Origin: Rhodothermales bacterium
GTDB lineage: Bacteria; Bacteroidota; Rhodothermia; Rhodothermales; VXPQ01
Assembly: GCA_040904565.1 (NCBI GenBank)
Contig: JBBDTI010000042.1
Coordinates: forward strand, 1-39,495
DNA: 39,495 bases
Direction: 5' to 3'
This document shows, in pieces, positions 1 to 9,670 of this stretch (within the stretch, counting starts at the first letter, position 1; each line of letters opens with the position of its first letter). The notes beneath the pieces were generated by a model that worked only from the letters and a program-made list of their open reading frames with translations, searched no databases and was not told where the DNA came from. Made by a program: the position numbers and the translations under genes.

Positions 1-65
1 AGGATGTGCGGGCGAAGGAGGTCGACCTCGTCGTCCACCCACAGGACTCTGGGTTCACTGGCCAT
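1..65 (-). CDS. porX: PorX/PglZ-type response regulator, N-terminus only (runs off the window start)
   Basis: Not in the ORF track. Manual translation of the minus strand from ATG at 65 gives MASEPRVLWVDDEVDLLRPHI. This matches the typical 'ILWVDDEIDLLKPHI' start of Bacteroidota PorX-family receiver domains. Confidence 0.7.
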   Translation of the reverse strand, partial: MASEPRVLWVDDEVDLLRPHI

Positions 66-449
66 TCGTTGCAGCAGATGTGTGCGAAAGGTAACGAAGT
101 TCCGGCGAGCTCTGTCGCCGGCAGGTCGTAGCGTTACGTCGAATACGCAGGGAGGCCATGATGAAAGGGGTGCGAGCCGTATCTAACTAGCCCGGGTGAC
201 GTCTGTTCTGCGACCGACGGCATCGATGCGCGCGGTGGATCCGCATGATGGGTGACGTACGGCCCGCTGCGCCGTGCGTAGATGGAAGAGGTTCGAAGAA
301 AAGGCCGCGAACCGCTGCGTCCGCCGCCCGTATTTCGATACGGGGTGGAAGGCCGACCGGAAGGCAAACCGAAACCCATCATGCGCAACCCACCACACAC
401 CCACCAGACAGAGTTCAGCCCACGGATCGTGACGCGCGTTTCATCAGTG

Positions 450-663
450 ATGGTCGAGTCACCGAAGATACAAGACGTTTCGTGGGGTCGCGTGCGCGTA
501 GCCGGACGCGCCGAGCCGTTTAAGGATGCGAAGCTGTTCCCAGGAGGCGCCGCGGGACCGCGAGATAGACGTCGACGTTCTCGAGACGCGTCAGGCCGTG
601 GCCCGGTACAACGAACTGGCCGCCGCCGTCCCCGTCGGCGCACTCATTCACTCTACCTGCTGA
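450..663 (+). pseudogene. Mth938-like (AAMDC family) protein with internal deletion and frameshift
   Basis: 450-551 encodes MVESPKIQDVSWGRVRVAGRAEPFKDAKLFPGGA, the family N-terminus. A different frame from about 553 to TGA 661-663 encodes RDREIDVDVLETRQAVARYNELAAAVPVGALIHSTC*, the family C-terminus ending HSTC. The central portion is absent. Confidence 0.8.
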
Positions 664-1241
664 ACGTGACGCCGCATGCGGGGAAGAAGCTCCTCGATCG
701 TCATGGCCCCCTCGAAGCGGTCCGCAACGTGACCCTCCCGGTCGACCACGTACGTGGTCGGTACGACGTGGTGGGCACCGTACTCTCGGGCGACGGAGAG
801 GCCGTCGATCAGCAGGGGATAGTCGACCGGAAACGTCTGGTAGAAATCGGCGACCACGTCACGTCCCTCCTCGTCGAGCGATACTCCGACGACGACGAGG
901 CCCTGATCGTCCAGCGAATCCTGTAGCATGACCAGATCCGGCATCTCGTCACGGCAGGGCGCGCACCACGTCGCCCAGAAGTTCAGCAGGACGACGCCTC
1001 CCCGGTGGTCGGACAGCTCGAACGCTCCGGCATGGAGCGTCTGCAACGTGAAGTTCGGCGCGACGTCGCCGATCCGGACCGCGGGGACCCTCTCCGCGGC
1101 GACCCTCGGCCTTTCTTTGGCGGACTGCGTCGGGGCGTCGGCCGGCAGGTGGAGAGGCTCGGAACGCAGAACGAGCCAGGCGGCCGCTCCGACGGAAAGA
1201 AGCAGCAGCATCCCGACAGCCAGTTTGCGAGCAATCTTCAT
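648..1241 (-). CDS. TlpA/ResA-family thiol-disulfide oxidoreductase (membrane-anchored)
   Basis: N-terminal hydrophobic anchor, GDVAPNFTL, and LNFWATWCAPCRDEMP active-site CxxC. Start is ATG 1241 or GTG 1247. Confidence 0.92.
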   Translation of the reverse strand: MKIARKLAVGMLLLLSVGAAAWLVLRSEPLHLPADAPTQSAKERPRVAAERVPAVRIGDVAPNFTLQTLHAGAFELSDHRGGVVLLNFWATWCAPCRDEMPDLVMLQDSLDDQGLVVVGVSLDEEGRDVVADFYQTFPVDYPLLIDGLSVAREYGAHHVVPTTYVVDREGHVADRFEGAMTIEELLPRMRRHVQQVE

Positions 1242-1390
1242 CGACACGCTCGTTGATCGAAAGGACGGCGTCGTTCGGATGGAGCGTTAGGCGGACTCGC
1301 CTTTGGAAGGCGCGTCAATTATACTCTCACAAGCACCAGATAAGTTTTGGGCGATGTCCAGGAGGGCGCTCCGCGACGGTCTATCGATTG

Positions 1391-1399
1391 AAAGGAGGT
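1391..1399 (+). promoter_or_regulatory. Shine-Dalgarno site for pgm
   Basis: AAAGGAGGT lies 8 nt upstream of ATG 1408. Confidence 0.8.
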
Positions 1400-1407
1400 A
1401 CCACGCT

Positions 1408-3060
1408 ATGTCATTGCACGAACTCGCCGGCAAGCCGGCACCCCGCGAGCTTCTGGTTAACGTCCCTCGGCTCGTCTCGGCGTATTTCTCTGTACGACCC
1501 GATCCTGAGAAGAAAGACCAGTGCGTCTCGTTCGGCACGTCGGGGCATAGAGGCTCCGCGCTGGACGCGTCGTTCAACGACGCACACATCGCTGCTATCT
1601 GCCAGGCACTGGCGGAGGTGCGTAAGGCCGACGGCGTAGATGGACCGATGCTCGTCGGCATCGATACGCACGCCCTCTCGGAGGCGGCCTTTACCACGGC
1701 GCTCGAGGTGCTGGCCGCCAACGGAGTCGAGCTCCGCATCCAGCAGGGAGGGGGTTTCACGCCTACACCGGTCATCTCGCACGCCATCCTGACGTATAAC
1801 GAGGGGCGGTCGAGCGGACTCGCAGACGGGATCGTCATCACACCGTCTCACAATCCTCCACAGGACGGCGGTTTCAAGTACAATCCACCTACAGGTGGAC
1901 CTGCGCCCGGTGAGACGACCGGCCGCATCGAAAACCGAGCCAATGAACTTCTCTTTGGTGGACTGAACGGCGTCCAGCGTATGTCGATCTATCGGGCCCG
2001 GGCATCAGGCACGACACAGGAAGTCGACTTCCTGCAGCCGTACGTGGAGGATCTTGCCGGCGTGATCGACATGGATGCGATCGCGGGATCCGGACTTAAG
2101 ATCGGCGCCGACCCCATGGGAGGCGCGGGCGTGGCGTACTGGGAGCCGATCGCGGACCGATACGGGCTCGATATCGAGGTCGTAAACCCGCGCGTCGACC
2201 CTACCTTTTCGTTCATGACGGTCGATAAGGACGGAAAGATTCGAATGGATTGCTCCTCACCCTATGCGATGGCCGGACTCATCAAGCTCAAGGACGGGTT
2301 CGACATCGCTTTCGGCAACGATCCGGACTTCGACCGGCACGGGATTGTGACCCGCTCGGGCGGACTCATGAATCCGAACCACTATCTGTCCGTCGCCGTC
2401 TCGTACCTGTTCCGGAACAGGCCCGGCTGGTCCGACGACGCGGCCGTCGGCAAGACGCTCGTTTCGAGCTCCATGATCGATCGGGTAGCCCGCGATATGG
2501 GACGAAGGCTGGCTGAAGTCCCCGTCGGCTTCAAATGGTTTGTGGACGGGCTGATGGATGGATCCTACGGCTTCGGCGGTGAAGAGAGCGCGGGCGCTTC
2601 CTTCCTGCGGAAGGATGGAACGGTGTGGACCACGGACAAGGACGGCATCATTCTCAGCCTCCTGGCGGCGGAGATCACGGCCGTAACGGGTAAGAATCCG
2701 TCCGAGCACTATGAGGACCTGGAAGCGCGCTTCGGGAGCCCCGTCTACGAACGCATCGATGCACCGGCGACGCGCGACCAGAAGGCCGCGCTCAAGAATC
2801 TGTCGCCGGATCAGGTAGATGCCCGAGAGCTGGCCGGCGAGCCGATCGAGGCCAAGCTAACCAGGGCGCCCGGCAACGACGCGCCTATCGGGGGCTTGAA
2901 GGTGGTGACCGAGAACGGCTGGTTCGCCGCCAGGCCGTCCGGGACCGAAGACATCTACAAGATTTACACGGAGAGCTTTCGGGGCACGGACCATCTCAAG
3001 CAGATCCAGAACGAAGCTCAGGCCATCGTCAGGAAGGCGTTTGAGTCGGCCGGACTCTAA
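1408..3060 (+). CDS. pgm: Phosphoglucomutase, alpha-D-glucose phosphate-specific
   Basis: FGTSGHRG, catalytic TPSHNP, metal loop DPDFDR, sugar-binding GEESAG, RPSGTE. Strong SD before ATG 1408. Confidence 0.96.
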   Translation: MSLHELAGKPAPRELLVNVPRLVSAYFSVRPDPEKKDQCVSFGTSGHRGSALDASFNDAHIAAICQALAEVRKADGVDGPMLVGIDTHALSEAAFTTALEVLAANGVELRIQQGGGFTPTPVISHAILTYNEGRSSGLADGIVITPSHNPPQDGGFKYNPPTGGPAPGETTGRIENRANELLFGGLNGVQRMSIYRARASGTTQEVDFLQPYVEDLAGVIDMDAIAGSGLKIGADPMGGAGVAYWEPIADRYGLDIEVVNPRVDPTFSFMTVDKDGKIRMDCSSPYAMAGLIKLKDGFDIAFGNDPDFDRHGIVTRSGGLMNPNHYLSVAVSYLFRNRPGWSDDAAVGKTLVSSSMIDRVARDMGRRLAEVPVGFKWFVDGLMDGSYGFGGEESAGASFLRKDGTVWTTDKDGIILSLLAAEITAVTGKNPSEHYEDLEARFGSPVYERIDAPATRDQKAALKNLSPDQVDARELAGEPIEAKLTRAPGNDAPIGGLKVVTENGWFAARPSGTEDIYKIYTESFRGTDHLKQIQNEAQAIVRKAFESAGL

Positions 3061-3112
3061 GCCCGCGGTCAGGTAGCGCGTCGTATCGTCCACCGTCCAC
3101 CTCCTATAGGCC

Positions 3113-4051
3113 GTGTGCAGCATCGTGCTATCCGCGTCGTCACTGGCGTTCCCTTCGTCGTCCGAGCACCTCTTCGGTCGGCGTGCACCGCTCGTCGCCG
3201 AGGTTGGCGTCGGCAGCGGCGGCTTCATCGCAAATCTGGCGAAGCGACGACCGGATGTCAACATCCTGGGCATCGACCGAGCGCCGCAGTCGATCGCGCG
3301 TTCGTATCGTCGGCTCTTGCACGACGACATTCGCAACGCCCGGCTGTTCAAGGGAGACGCCGAATGGTTCGTACGCAACGTAATTCCCGCTGGCGGACTC
3401 GACCGCGTATACGTTAACTTTCCGGATCCCTGGCCGCGAAAGAAGCATCATGAGCGGCGCCTGCTTCAGGCTTCTTTTCTGCGCCTGCTGGCTTCGAGGC
3501 TGGCGGCGGACGGCGACGTACTCGTGACGACGGATCACGAGGAGTATTTCCAGTTCGTGCTGCACAGTGCCGAGGAAGCCGCGTGCTATCACGTGGTGTC
3601 ACCGGACCCGACGCCGGAAGTGCTGGAGACGAAATGGGCCCGGAAGGCGGATGTGCATTACCACGCCGTGCTTTCGCCGTCCGATGAGGTTGCAGACGTT
3701 CATGCGAACGTCGAAGTTACGGACACCATGTACCACGCAGTAGTCGGTGGCAGCCTGCCTGATTTTGCGCCGTTCGAACGGCGCACGATCACCTATCGCG
3801 ACGGCGTCGTCGTGTTAATGGACGCCTATCGTCCCCTGTCGGGAACGGGTGTCGTGTTCCTCGTGCATGTAGAGGAGAAGGGGTTGACCCAGGAAGTGCT
3901 CGTAGAGGTGCGGGAGGGCAAGGAGGGCTTCGTCGTGGCGCTGCGGCGTTTCGGTGAGCCGCTGCATACGCGCGGACTCCGTGCCGCCGTTCGCGTCATC
4001 ACCGAGTGGCTCGTCGAACAGGGGATGGACATCATTCACAGGAAATACTAA
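3113..4051 (+). CDS. trmB: tRNA (guanine46-N7)-methyltransferase with C-terminal extension
   Basis: EVGVGSGGF SAM motif, VNFPDPWPRKKHHERRL, TTDHEEYF, ETKW, plus about 110 extra C-terminal residues. GTG start is approximate. Confidence 0.9.
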   Translation: MCSIVLSASSLAFPSSSEHLFGRRAPLVAEVGVGSGGFIANLAKRRPDVNILGIDRAPQSIARSYRRLLHDDIRNARLFKGDAEWFVRNVIPAGGLDRVYVNFPDPWPRKKHHERRLLQASFLRLLASRLAADGDVLVTTDHEEYFQFVLHSAEEAACYHVVSPDPTPEVLETKWARKADVHYHAVLSPSDEVADVHANVEVTDTMYHAVVGGSLPDFAPFERRTITYRDGVVVLMDAYRPLSGTGVVFLVHVEEKGLTQEVLVEVREGKEGFVVALRRFGEPLHTRGLRAAVRVITEWLVEQGMDIIHRKY

Positions 4052-4053
4052 GC

Positions 4054-4716
4054 ATGTCGAATCGAAGCATCGGCCTTACGCCCGAGTTACACGCCTATAT
4101 GGTCGGCCACTCCGTTCGTGAACCGGACGTCCTGCGCCGGCTCCGCGAGGAAACGGCGGAGAGGGACCAATCTGGAATGCAGATCGCCCCCGAACAGGGT
4201 GCCTTTATGGCCATGCTCGTGCGAATGCTCGGGGCAAAGCGCACCCTGGAGGTGGGCGTCTTTACCGGTTACAGCTCGATCGCCGTGGCTCTTGCCTTGC
4301 CTTCGGACGGCCACATCACCGCCTGCGACGTCAGTAAAGAGTACACGTCGGTAGCGAAGAAATACTGGCGCGAAGCGGATGTGGAATCGATGATAGACCT
4401 GCGAATAGGTCCGGCCGCCGAAACCCTCGGGGTGCTGCTGGATGAAGGGAGAAGCGGGACGTACGATTTTGCATTCGTGGATGCCGACAAGCCGTCCTAC
4501 GATACGTATTACGAACACGCCCTCCGTCTCGTACGCCCGGGAGGCGTCATCGCGCTGGATAACGTGCTGCGCAACGGCCGCGTGCTCAGTCCGGCGGAGG
4601 ATGACGTGAGCACGAAGGCGATCTGTGCACTGAACGACAAGATCGTCGCCGACGATCGGGTCGACGTGTCCATGGTGCCGATCGCCGATGGAGTGACGCT
4701 CGCACGCAGGAGATAG
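4054..4716 (+). CDS. Class I SAM-dependent O-methyltransferase (CCoAOMT/MdmC-like)
   Basis: MQIAPEQG, LEVGVFTGYS, FDFAFVDADK-like motif (YDFAFVDADK), DNVL, IADGVTLA. ATG is 2 nt after the trmB stop. Confidence 0.92.
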   Translation: MSNRSIGLTPELHAYMVGHSVREPDVLRRLREETAERDQSGMQIAPEQGAFMAMLVRMLGAKRTLEVGVFTGYSSIAVALALPSDGHITACDVSKEYTSVAKKYWREADVESMIDLRIGPAAETLGVLLDEGRSGTYDFAFVDADKPSYDTYYEHALRLVRPGGVIALDNVLRNGRVLSPAEDDVSTKAICALNDKIVADDRVDVSMVPIADGVTLARRR

Positions 4717-4751
4717 CCGCGGCAGATTCGGAAGATGCCGCCCCGCGGGTC

Positions 4752-6269
4752 CTATCGGTAGTCGCGACGCTCGATCCAGCGCGACGCAGGGGCGGCGGCC
4801 CGGTTAACGGATGGGGCGGGCCGATCGATGCGTTGCAGTACCGCGGCAAGTGCCGCGGCATCCGCCGCCTCGTCGTCGACCTGACCTTCGGTCCCGGGGA
4901 GGCCGTCTGCGAAATGACGCTCCACAAACCGCGTCGTGAACGCGCCGGATTGAAAGGCGTCGTGCGTCATGACGAAGCGGCAGAACGGAATCGTCGTACG
5001 GACGCCTGCAACGTGATACTCATCCAGGGCACGCACCATGCGCCGCACGGCTTCCGCTCGCGTTCGCCCCCAGGCCGTCACCTTGGAGATCATCGGATCG
5101 TAGTGGATTTCGACGCGTCCGCCCTCCTCGACCCCCGCGTCGACCCGCACACCGAGTCCGGATGGCGGCAGGTGACGGACGAGCGTCCCCGGGTCAGGAA
5201 GAAAGTTATTGTCCGGATCCTCCGCATACACGCGGCACTCGATGGCGTGTCCGTGGATGTTCAGGTCGCCCTGTTCGTACGAGAGTGCCTCGCCCTCGGC
5301 GATGCGAATCTGTTCGGCCACGAGATCCAAGCCCGTGATCCATTCGGTCACCGGATGCTCCACCTGGAGCCGTGTGTTCATCTCCATGAAATAAAAACTC
5401 AGGTCGGCGTCCAGCAGGAACTCGACCGTGCCGGCGCCCACGTAGCCGCAGGCGCGGGCCGCTTCGACGGCGGCGGCGCCCATCCGCTCCCGGAGCTCGG
5501 GCGTAAGGACGGATGAGGGGGCTTCCTCGACGACCTTTTGATGGCGCCGCTGGACGGAACATTCTCTTTCGAAGAGATGCAGCACGTTGCCGTGCGAGTC
5601 GGCGAGGATCTGAAACTCGACGTGCCGGGGCTCCTGGATGTACTTCTCGATAAAGACCCGGCCGTCGCCGAATGCGGAGCCTGCTTCGCTGCATGCCATT
5701 TCGTACGCACGCTCGAGGTTGGCGGCACGGTGAACGACACGCATTCCTTTACCCCCACCGCCTGCGGCTGCCTTGATCAGTACGGGGAATCCGATACGCT
5801 CGGCCTCACTCAGGGCCGTCTCGGCGTCCTCGACGGCGTCCGTCGTTCCAGGAGCCATCGGCACGCCCGAGCTCCGCATGAGCATTCTCGCCCTGGTTTT
5901 GTCGCCCATGCTTCGGATCGCCTCAGGCGGAGGTCCGATAAAATGAATCCCGGCCTCCGCGCACGCCTCGGCAAATGACGCATTCTCGGATAGAAAACCG
6001 TATCCGGGATGAACGGCGTCGGCACCGGCGCAACGTGCCGCCTCCAGAATCCGGTCGACGTGGAGGTACGACTCGGCGGCGGGTGCCGGGCCGAGAAGAT
6101 ACGCCTCATCGGCGTGGCACACGTGCATCGCTCCGCGATCTGCTTCACTGAATACGGCCACGCCGCGGATGCCCAGCTCGCGGCACGTTCGCAGCACGCG
6201 AACGGCGATCTCGCCGCGGTTGGCTACCAGTATCTTTTTGATGGATCGTCCTGTCATATCTTCAGACAT
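4752..6269 (-). CDS. accC: Biotin carboxylase subunit of acetyl/propionyl-CoA carboxylase
   Basis: KKILVANRGEIAVR, HPGYGFLSEN, GGGGKGMR, ERECSVQRRHQK, FMEMNTRLQVEHPVTE, YDPMISK. No biotinyl domain. Confidence 0.93.
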   Translation of the reverse strand: MSEDMTGRSIKKILVANRGEIAVRVLRTCRELGIRGVAVFSEADRGAMHVCHADEAYLLGPAPAAESYLHVDRILEAARCAGADAVHPGYGFLSENASFAEACAEAGIHFIGPPPEAIRSMGDKTRARMLMRSSGVPMAPGTTDAVEDAETALSEAERIGFPVLIKAAAGGGGKGMRVVHRAANLERAYEMACSEAGSAFGDGRVFIEKYIQEPRHVEFQILADSHGNVLHLFERECSVQRRHQKVVEEAPSSVLTPELRERMGAAAVEAARACGYVGAGTVEFLLDADLSFYFMEMNTRLQVEHPVTEWITGLDLVAEQIRIAEGEALSYEQGDLNIHGHAIECRVYAEDPDNNFLPDPGTLVRHLPPSGLGVRVDAGVEEGGRVEIHYDPMISKVTAWGRTRAEAVRRMVRALDEYHVAGVRTTIPFCRFVMTHDAFQSGAFTTRFVERHFADGLPGTEGQVDDEAADAAALAAVLQRIDRPAPSVNRAAAPASRWIERRDYR

Positions 6270-6451
6270 CTATGCAGATATCGTTTCGTGGCACGATATC
6301 TGTTCAATGTAGTTAGAGATAAGGAGAAGGTTGCCGTGCAGGCTTCGCCGCCGGGGATGCGCCTGCGATCACGCGGCGCGCTGCCGTCGGGTGGAGCGGC
6401 ATCGCACCGTGTTGAGGTGAGGATGAAGATGGAAGCAGGGTAATATAGACT

Positions 6452-7375
6452 ATGCCGGACGTTAAGGATTTTTACAAGGTACTGGGGATCTCGGAGGATG
6501 CGAGCGCCGACGAGATAAAAAAGGTGTACCGGAAACTGGCCCGGGAGCACCATCCCGACCGGAATCCGGACCGGCCGGATGCGGAGGAGCGGTTCAAAGA
6601 GATTCAGGAAGCCTATTCGGTACTGTCGGATCCGGAGAAGCGCAAAGAATACGATCAACGGCGGAAACATCCATTCGGCGGTTTTGGCGATGGCTTCGGC
6701 GGACAGGGGGGTACGTACGAACGATGGGGCCAGGGCCCCCACGTGCGGTACGAAGCGACCGGAACGCCGTTCGAAGGTCCGGGGGGAGGATTCGGTGACA
6801 TCTTCTCGAAGATGTTCGGAGGTGCATCCGCCGATCCGTTCACGGAACGGCGCCAGCATGAAGCGCGCGGCGCCGATCTGGAGACGACGCTGAACCTGTC
6901 GTTCCATCAGGCGCTGGAGGGTGGAAAGACGGAAGTCAAGCTGCCCGATGGGGAAACCGTTCGCATCGACATCCCTAAAGGTGTCGATTCCGGATTCAAA
7001 ATCCGCCTCAAAGGGCGAGGGGCACAGGGACCCCGCGGTCGACGCGGAGACCTGTATGTGACGTTCCAGGTGGCTGCCCATCCGAAGTTCAAGCGGGAAG
7101 GCAATAACCTGCTAACGCCCGTCGAGATCAATCCCTTCGAGGCCATGTTCGGCACGAAGCGAAACGTTCGGACGCCGTACGGGAAGCGGATCAAGGTCTC
7201 CATCCCGAAAGGCTCTCAGCCGGGCGAGCGACTGAGGCTCCGCGGCCAGGGGGTTGAATCCGATGGGGAGACAGGCGACCTCTTCGTCGAGATCGTCGTT
7301 GCCGTCCCGAAAGACCTGACGGAGGAGCAAGAGGCGGCACTTGAACGGGCGGCTAAAGAGGCCGGTCTTCTGTAG
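6452..7375 (+). CDS. DnaJ class B / CbpA-like co-chaperone
   Basis: J-domain with HPD, G/F-rich linker and two DnaJ C-terminal subdomains. No CxxCxGxG zinc finger. Confidence 0.92.
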   Translation: MPDVKDFYKVLGISEDASADEIKKVYRKLAREHHPDRNPDRPDAEERFKEIQEAYSVLSDPEKRKEYDQRRKHPFGGFGDGFGGQGGTYERWGQGPHVRYEATGTPFEGPGGGFGDIFSKMFGGASADPFTERRQHEARGADLETTLNLSFHQALEGGKTEVKLPDGETVRIDIPKGVDSGFKIRLKGRGAQGPRGRRGDLYVTFQVAAHPKFKREGNNLLTPVEINPFEAMFGTKRNVRTPYGKRIKVSIPKGSQPGERLRLRGQGVESDGETGDLFVEIVVAVPKDLTEEQEAALERAAKEAGLL

Positions 7376-7409
7376 AGAGCGGATCGGTGACCTGAGAGCG
7401 AATCGGTGA
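7375..7409. repeat. 16-bp direct repeat, 2 copies with 1 mismatch
   Basis: GAGAGCGGATCGGTGA (7375-7390) and GAGAGCGAATCGGTGA (7394-7409) lie between the convergent J-protein and ruvA genes. Confidence 0.7.
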
Positions 7410-7431
7410 ACGTGTACCTTGTCGGCGCGCG

Positions 7432-8037
7432 TCACTGTTCTCGAAGCACGAGGCGGATCATCTCCTCAGTGACTGACACGTCGGGGTTTTTCTTCAACAC
7501 ACTTCGGAGATGTTTTTCCGCGGTCGCGCGGGCGAAGCCCAGCGATTCGAGGGCAGCCAGTGCATCCGAGCGCGCGGCCGTGCGCGGATCCGACGTCTTG
7601 GTCGCCGTGCCGGCACCCTCGTCGATCGGCTCCATGTCGGCGAACCGATCTTTGAGCTCGACAATGAGCCGCTGGGCCGTCTTGCGTCCGACGCCCGGGA
7701 TGCTCGTGAGAACAGCCGTTTCACCGTGAATGACGTGCGCCCGCAGATCGTCCGGCTTCATCGCGGACAGTGCTGCCAGGGCCAGCTTGGGACCGATTCC
7801 GGATACGCCCAGCATCACCTCGAACACCCTTTTCTCGGGTCTCGAAGCGAACCCGAAAAGCAGACTGGCATCCTCTCGCACGTGGAAATAGGTGAACAGC
7901 TTGACCGGTTTGTTCAGCGGGGGCAACTGCTCGAACGTGGACGTCGTGATCTGCATCCGGTATCCAATTCCCTGGACGTCGATGACGGCTTCTGTGGGAC
8001 GCTTTTCGACGAGCGTTCCGGAGACGTAGGCGTACAT
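7432..8037 (-). CDS. ruvA: Holliday junction branch migration protein RuvA
   Basis: MYAYVSG, VIDVQGIGY, HVREDASLLFGF, HhH motifs VSGIGPKLALA and IPGVGRKTAQR, and C-terminal ALESLGF. Confidence 0.96.
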   Translation of the reverse strand: MYAYVSGTLVEKRPTEAVIDVQGIGYRMQITTSTFEQLPPLNKPVKLFTYFHVREDASLLFGFASRPEKRVFEVMLGVSGIGPKLALAALSAMKPDDLRAHVIHGETAVLTSIPGVGRKTAQRLIVELKDRFADMEPIDEGAGTATKTSDPRTAARSDALAALESLGFARATAEKHLRSVLKKNPDVSVTEEMIRLVLREQ

Positions 8038-8304
8038 TCGTTGATGCTGCGATTGAACGTGACACGATAGAAAAGGCGATTACCCCGTCCATGAAGGTAG
8101 CGATCCGCAGGTTCATTCGACACGTTGAATGTGATGGGCGTTCGTGGTTCTTTCTCGCTACAGAGAGGCGGGGAGTTGATTTTTCCGCATTACGTATGCA
8201 TTTATCACTGTGAGGTTATCGCTGTGGGGCCGCCGTAGGTCGAGTCGTTCGGGACGCGACCGTTGCCTCGTCAGAAACCCGTTTCACGATCGATGGAGAG
8301 GGAC

Positions 8305-9624
8305 ATGCTGCGGCAAATACGATATGTGCTTCTGATGGCTGTGACCGCCGTGCTCGTCGGTGCTACCGACGGTGCGGCGCAGACGGCGTTTGTGAACGCA
8401 CGCGTACTTCCGATGACCGAAGAAATCGTACACGAAGGGTGGACGGTCGTCGTCGATGGGGATCGTATCGTGGCGGCTGGACCGAACGATGCGATCGAGG
8501 TGCCGCCTTCCGCGCTTCGCATCGATGGGACGGATAAGTACCTCATCCCCGGACTCGCGGAGATGCACGGACATATCCCGCCCCCGGAGCCGGACCGCGC
8601 CTACGTGGAGTCGGTACTGCTGCTTTTCGTCGCCAATGGGATTACGACGGTTCGCGGCATGCTGGGGGAGGCCGGACAGCCGGCCCTCCAGGAGGAGATC
8701 CGATCCGGCCGCACGTTAGGGCCGACGCTTTATCTGGCCGGCCCCTCATTCAGCGGCGGCTCCATACAGTCTCCGGAGCAGGCCGAGGCACGTGCCCGCG
8801 CCCAGGCGGAAGAGGGATGGGACTTCCTGAAGGTGCATCCCGGTCTCACGCGCGCCGAGTACGATGCGATGGCGAACGCAGCGCATGAAGAAGGCATACC
8901 GTTCGTCGGCCACATTCCGTCTGAGGTCGGACTCATCCACGCCGTCGAGATGGGCCAGCAGACGATCGATCATCTCGACGGATACATCCAGTATATCGCG
9001 GACGAGCACGGTGCGATCGACGCGGATCGGCTCGAGGAGGCCGTGGATCTGACGATGAGTGAAGGCGTGTGGGTCGTTCCGACCATGGCACTGTGGGAGA
9101 CCATCCTGGGTGCCCCCGAAACGCGGCGGCTCGAGGCGTATCCCGAACTGCGATTCATGCCGCCAGATCTCGTCGCCGGCTGGTCACGATCGCACGAACA
9201 GCGGCGAAGCGCCGCCTCCTTCGACCAGGCGGCGGTGGACGGCATAACGAGCTCCCGCATCGACCTTCTGAAAAGTCTCAATGATGTGGGCGCACGGATA
9301 CTGCTGGGGACGGACGCCCCACAGCAGTTCAGCGTCCCCGGATTTTCGCTGCGTCGCGAGTTTCCGCTCATGCAGGCCGCCGGCATGACACCCTACGAGA
9401 TCCTCGTATCCGGAAGCCGAGCCGTCGGTGAATATCTGGCCGACAAAGACACCTTCGGGACGGTCTCCGAAGGAAGCAGGGCGGACCTGATCCTGCTGGA
9501 CGCCAATCCGCTCGAAGACATTATGAACGTCTTCGACCGAACCGGCGTGATGGTACGCGGGCGCTGGCTGTCTGAGGCAGAGATTCAGGACCGATTGGCG
9601 GCCCTGGCTGAGAGCTACGACTAG
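8305..9624 (+). CDS. Secreted amidohydrolase family protein
   Basis: Signal-peptide-like start, IPGLAEMHGH, KVH, GH, DH, GTDAP and ADLILLDANPL. GGAGAGG SD before ATG 8305. Confidence 0.88.
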   Translation: MLRQIRYVLLMAVTAVLVGATDGAAQTAFVNARVLPMTEEIVHEGWTVVVDGDRIVAAGPNDAIEVPPSALRIDGTDKYLIPGLAEMHGHIPPPEPDRAYVESVLLLFVANGITTVRGMLGEAGQPALQEEIRSGRTLGPTLYLAGPSFSGGSIQSPEQAEARARAQAEEGWDFLKVHPGLTRAEYDAMANAAHEEGIPFVGHIPSEVGLIHAVEMGQQTIDHLDGYIQYIADEHGAIDADRLEEAVDLTMSEGVWVVPTMALWETILGAPETRRLEAYPELRFMPPDLVAGWSRSHEQRRSAASFDQAAVDGITSSRIDLLKSLNDVGARILLGTDAPQQFSVPGFSLRREFPLMQAAGMTPYEILVSGSRAVGEYLADKDTFGTVSEGSRADLILLDANPLEDIMNVFDRTGVMVRGRWLSEAEIQDRLAALAESYD

Positions 9625-9670
9625 ACCGCCGTTGAGAAATTGCGCGTCTTCGCGGCGTCGCGCTGGCACG

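Noticed and set aside
150-190. GGAGG followed by a 10-codon ORF (MMKGVRAVSN*)
   Set aside because: Too short, with no supporting features; could be chance.
282-926. 214-aa plus-strand ORF
   Set aside because: It is a chimera of the Mth938-like N-terminus and antisense read-through of the TlpA gene, not a real full-length protein.
7432-8037. ruvA without adjacent ruvB or ruvC
   Set aside because: Dispersed ruv genes are common in this phylum group.
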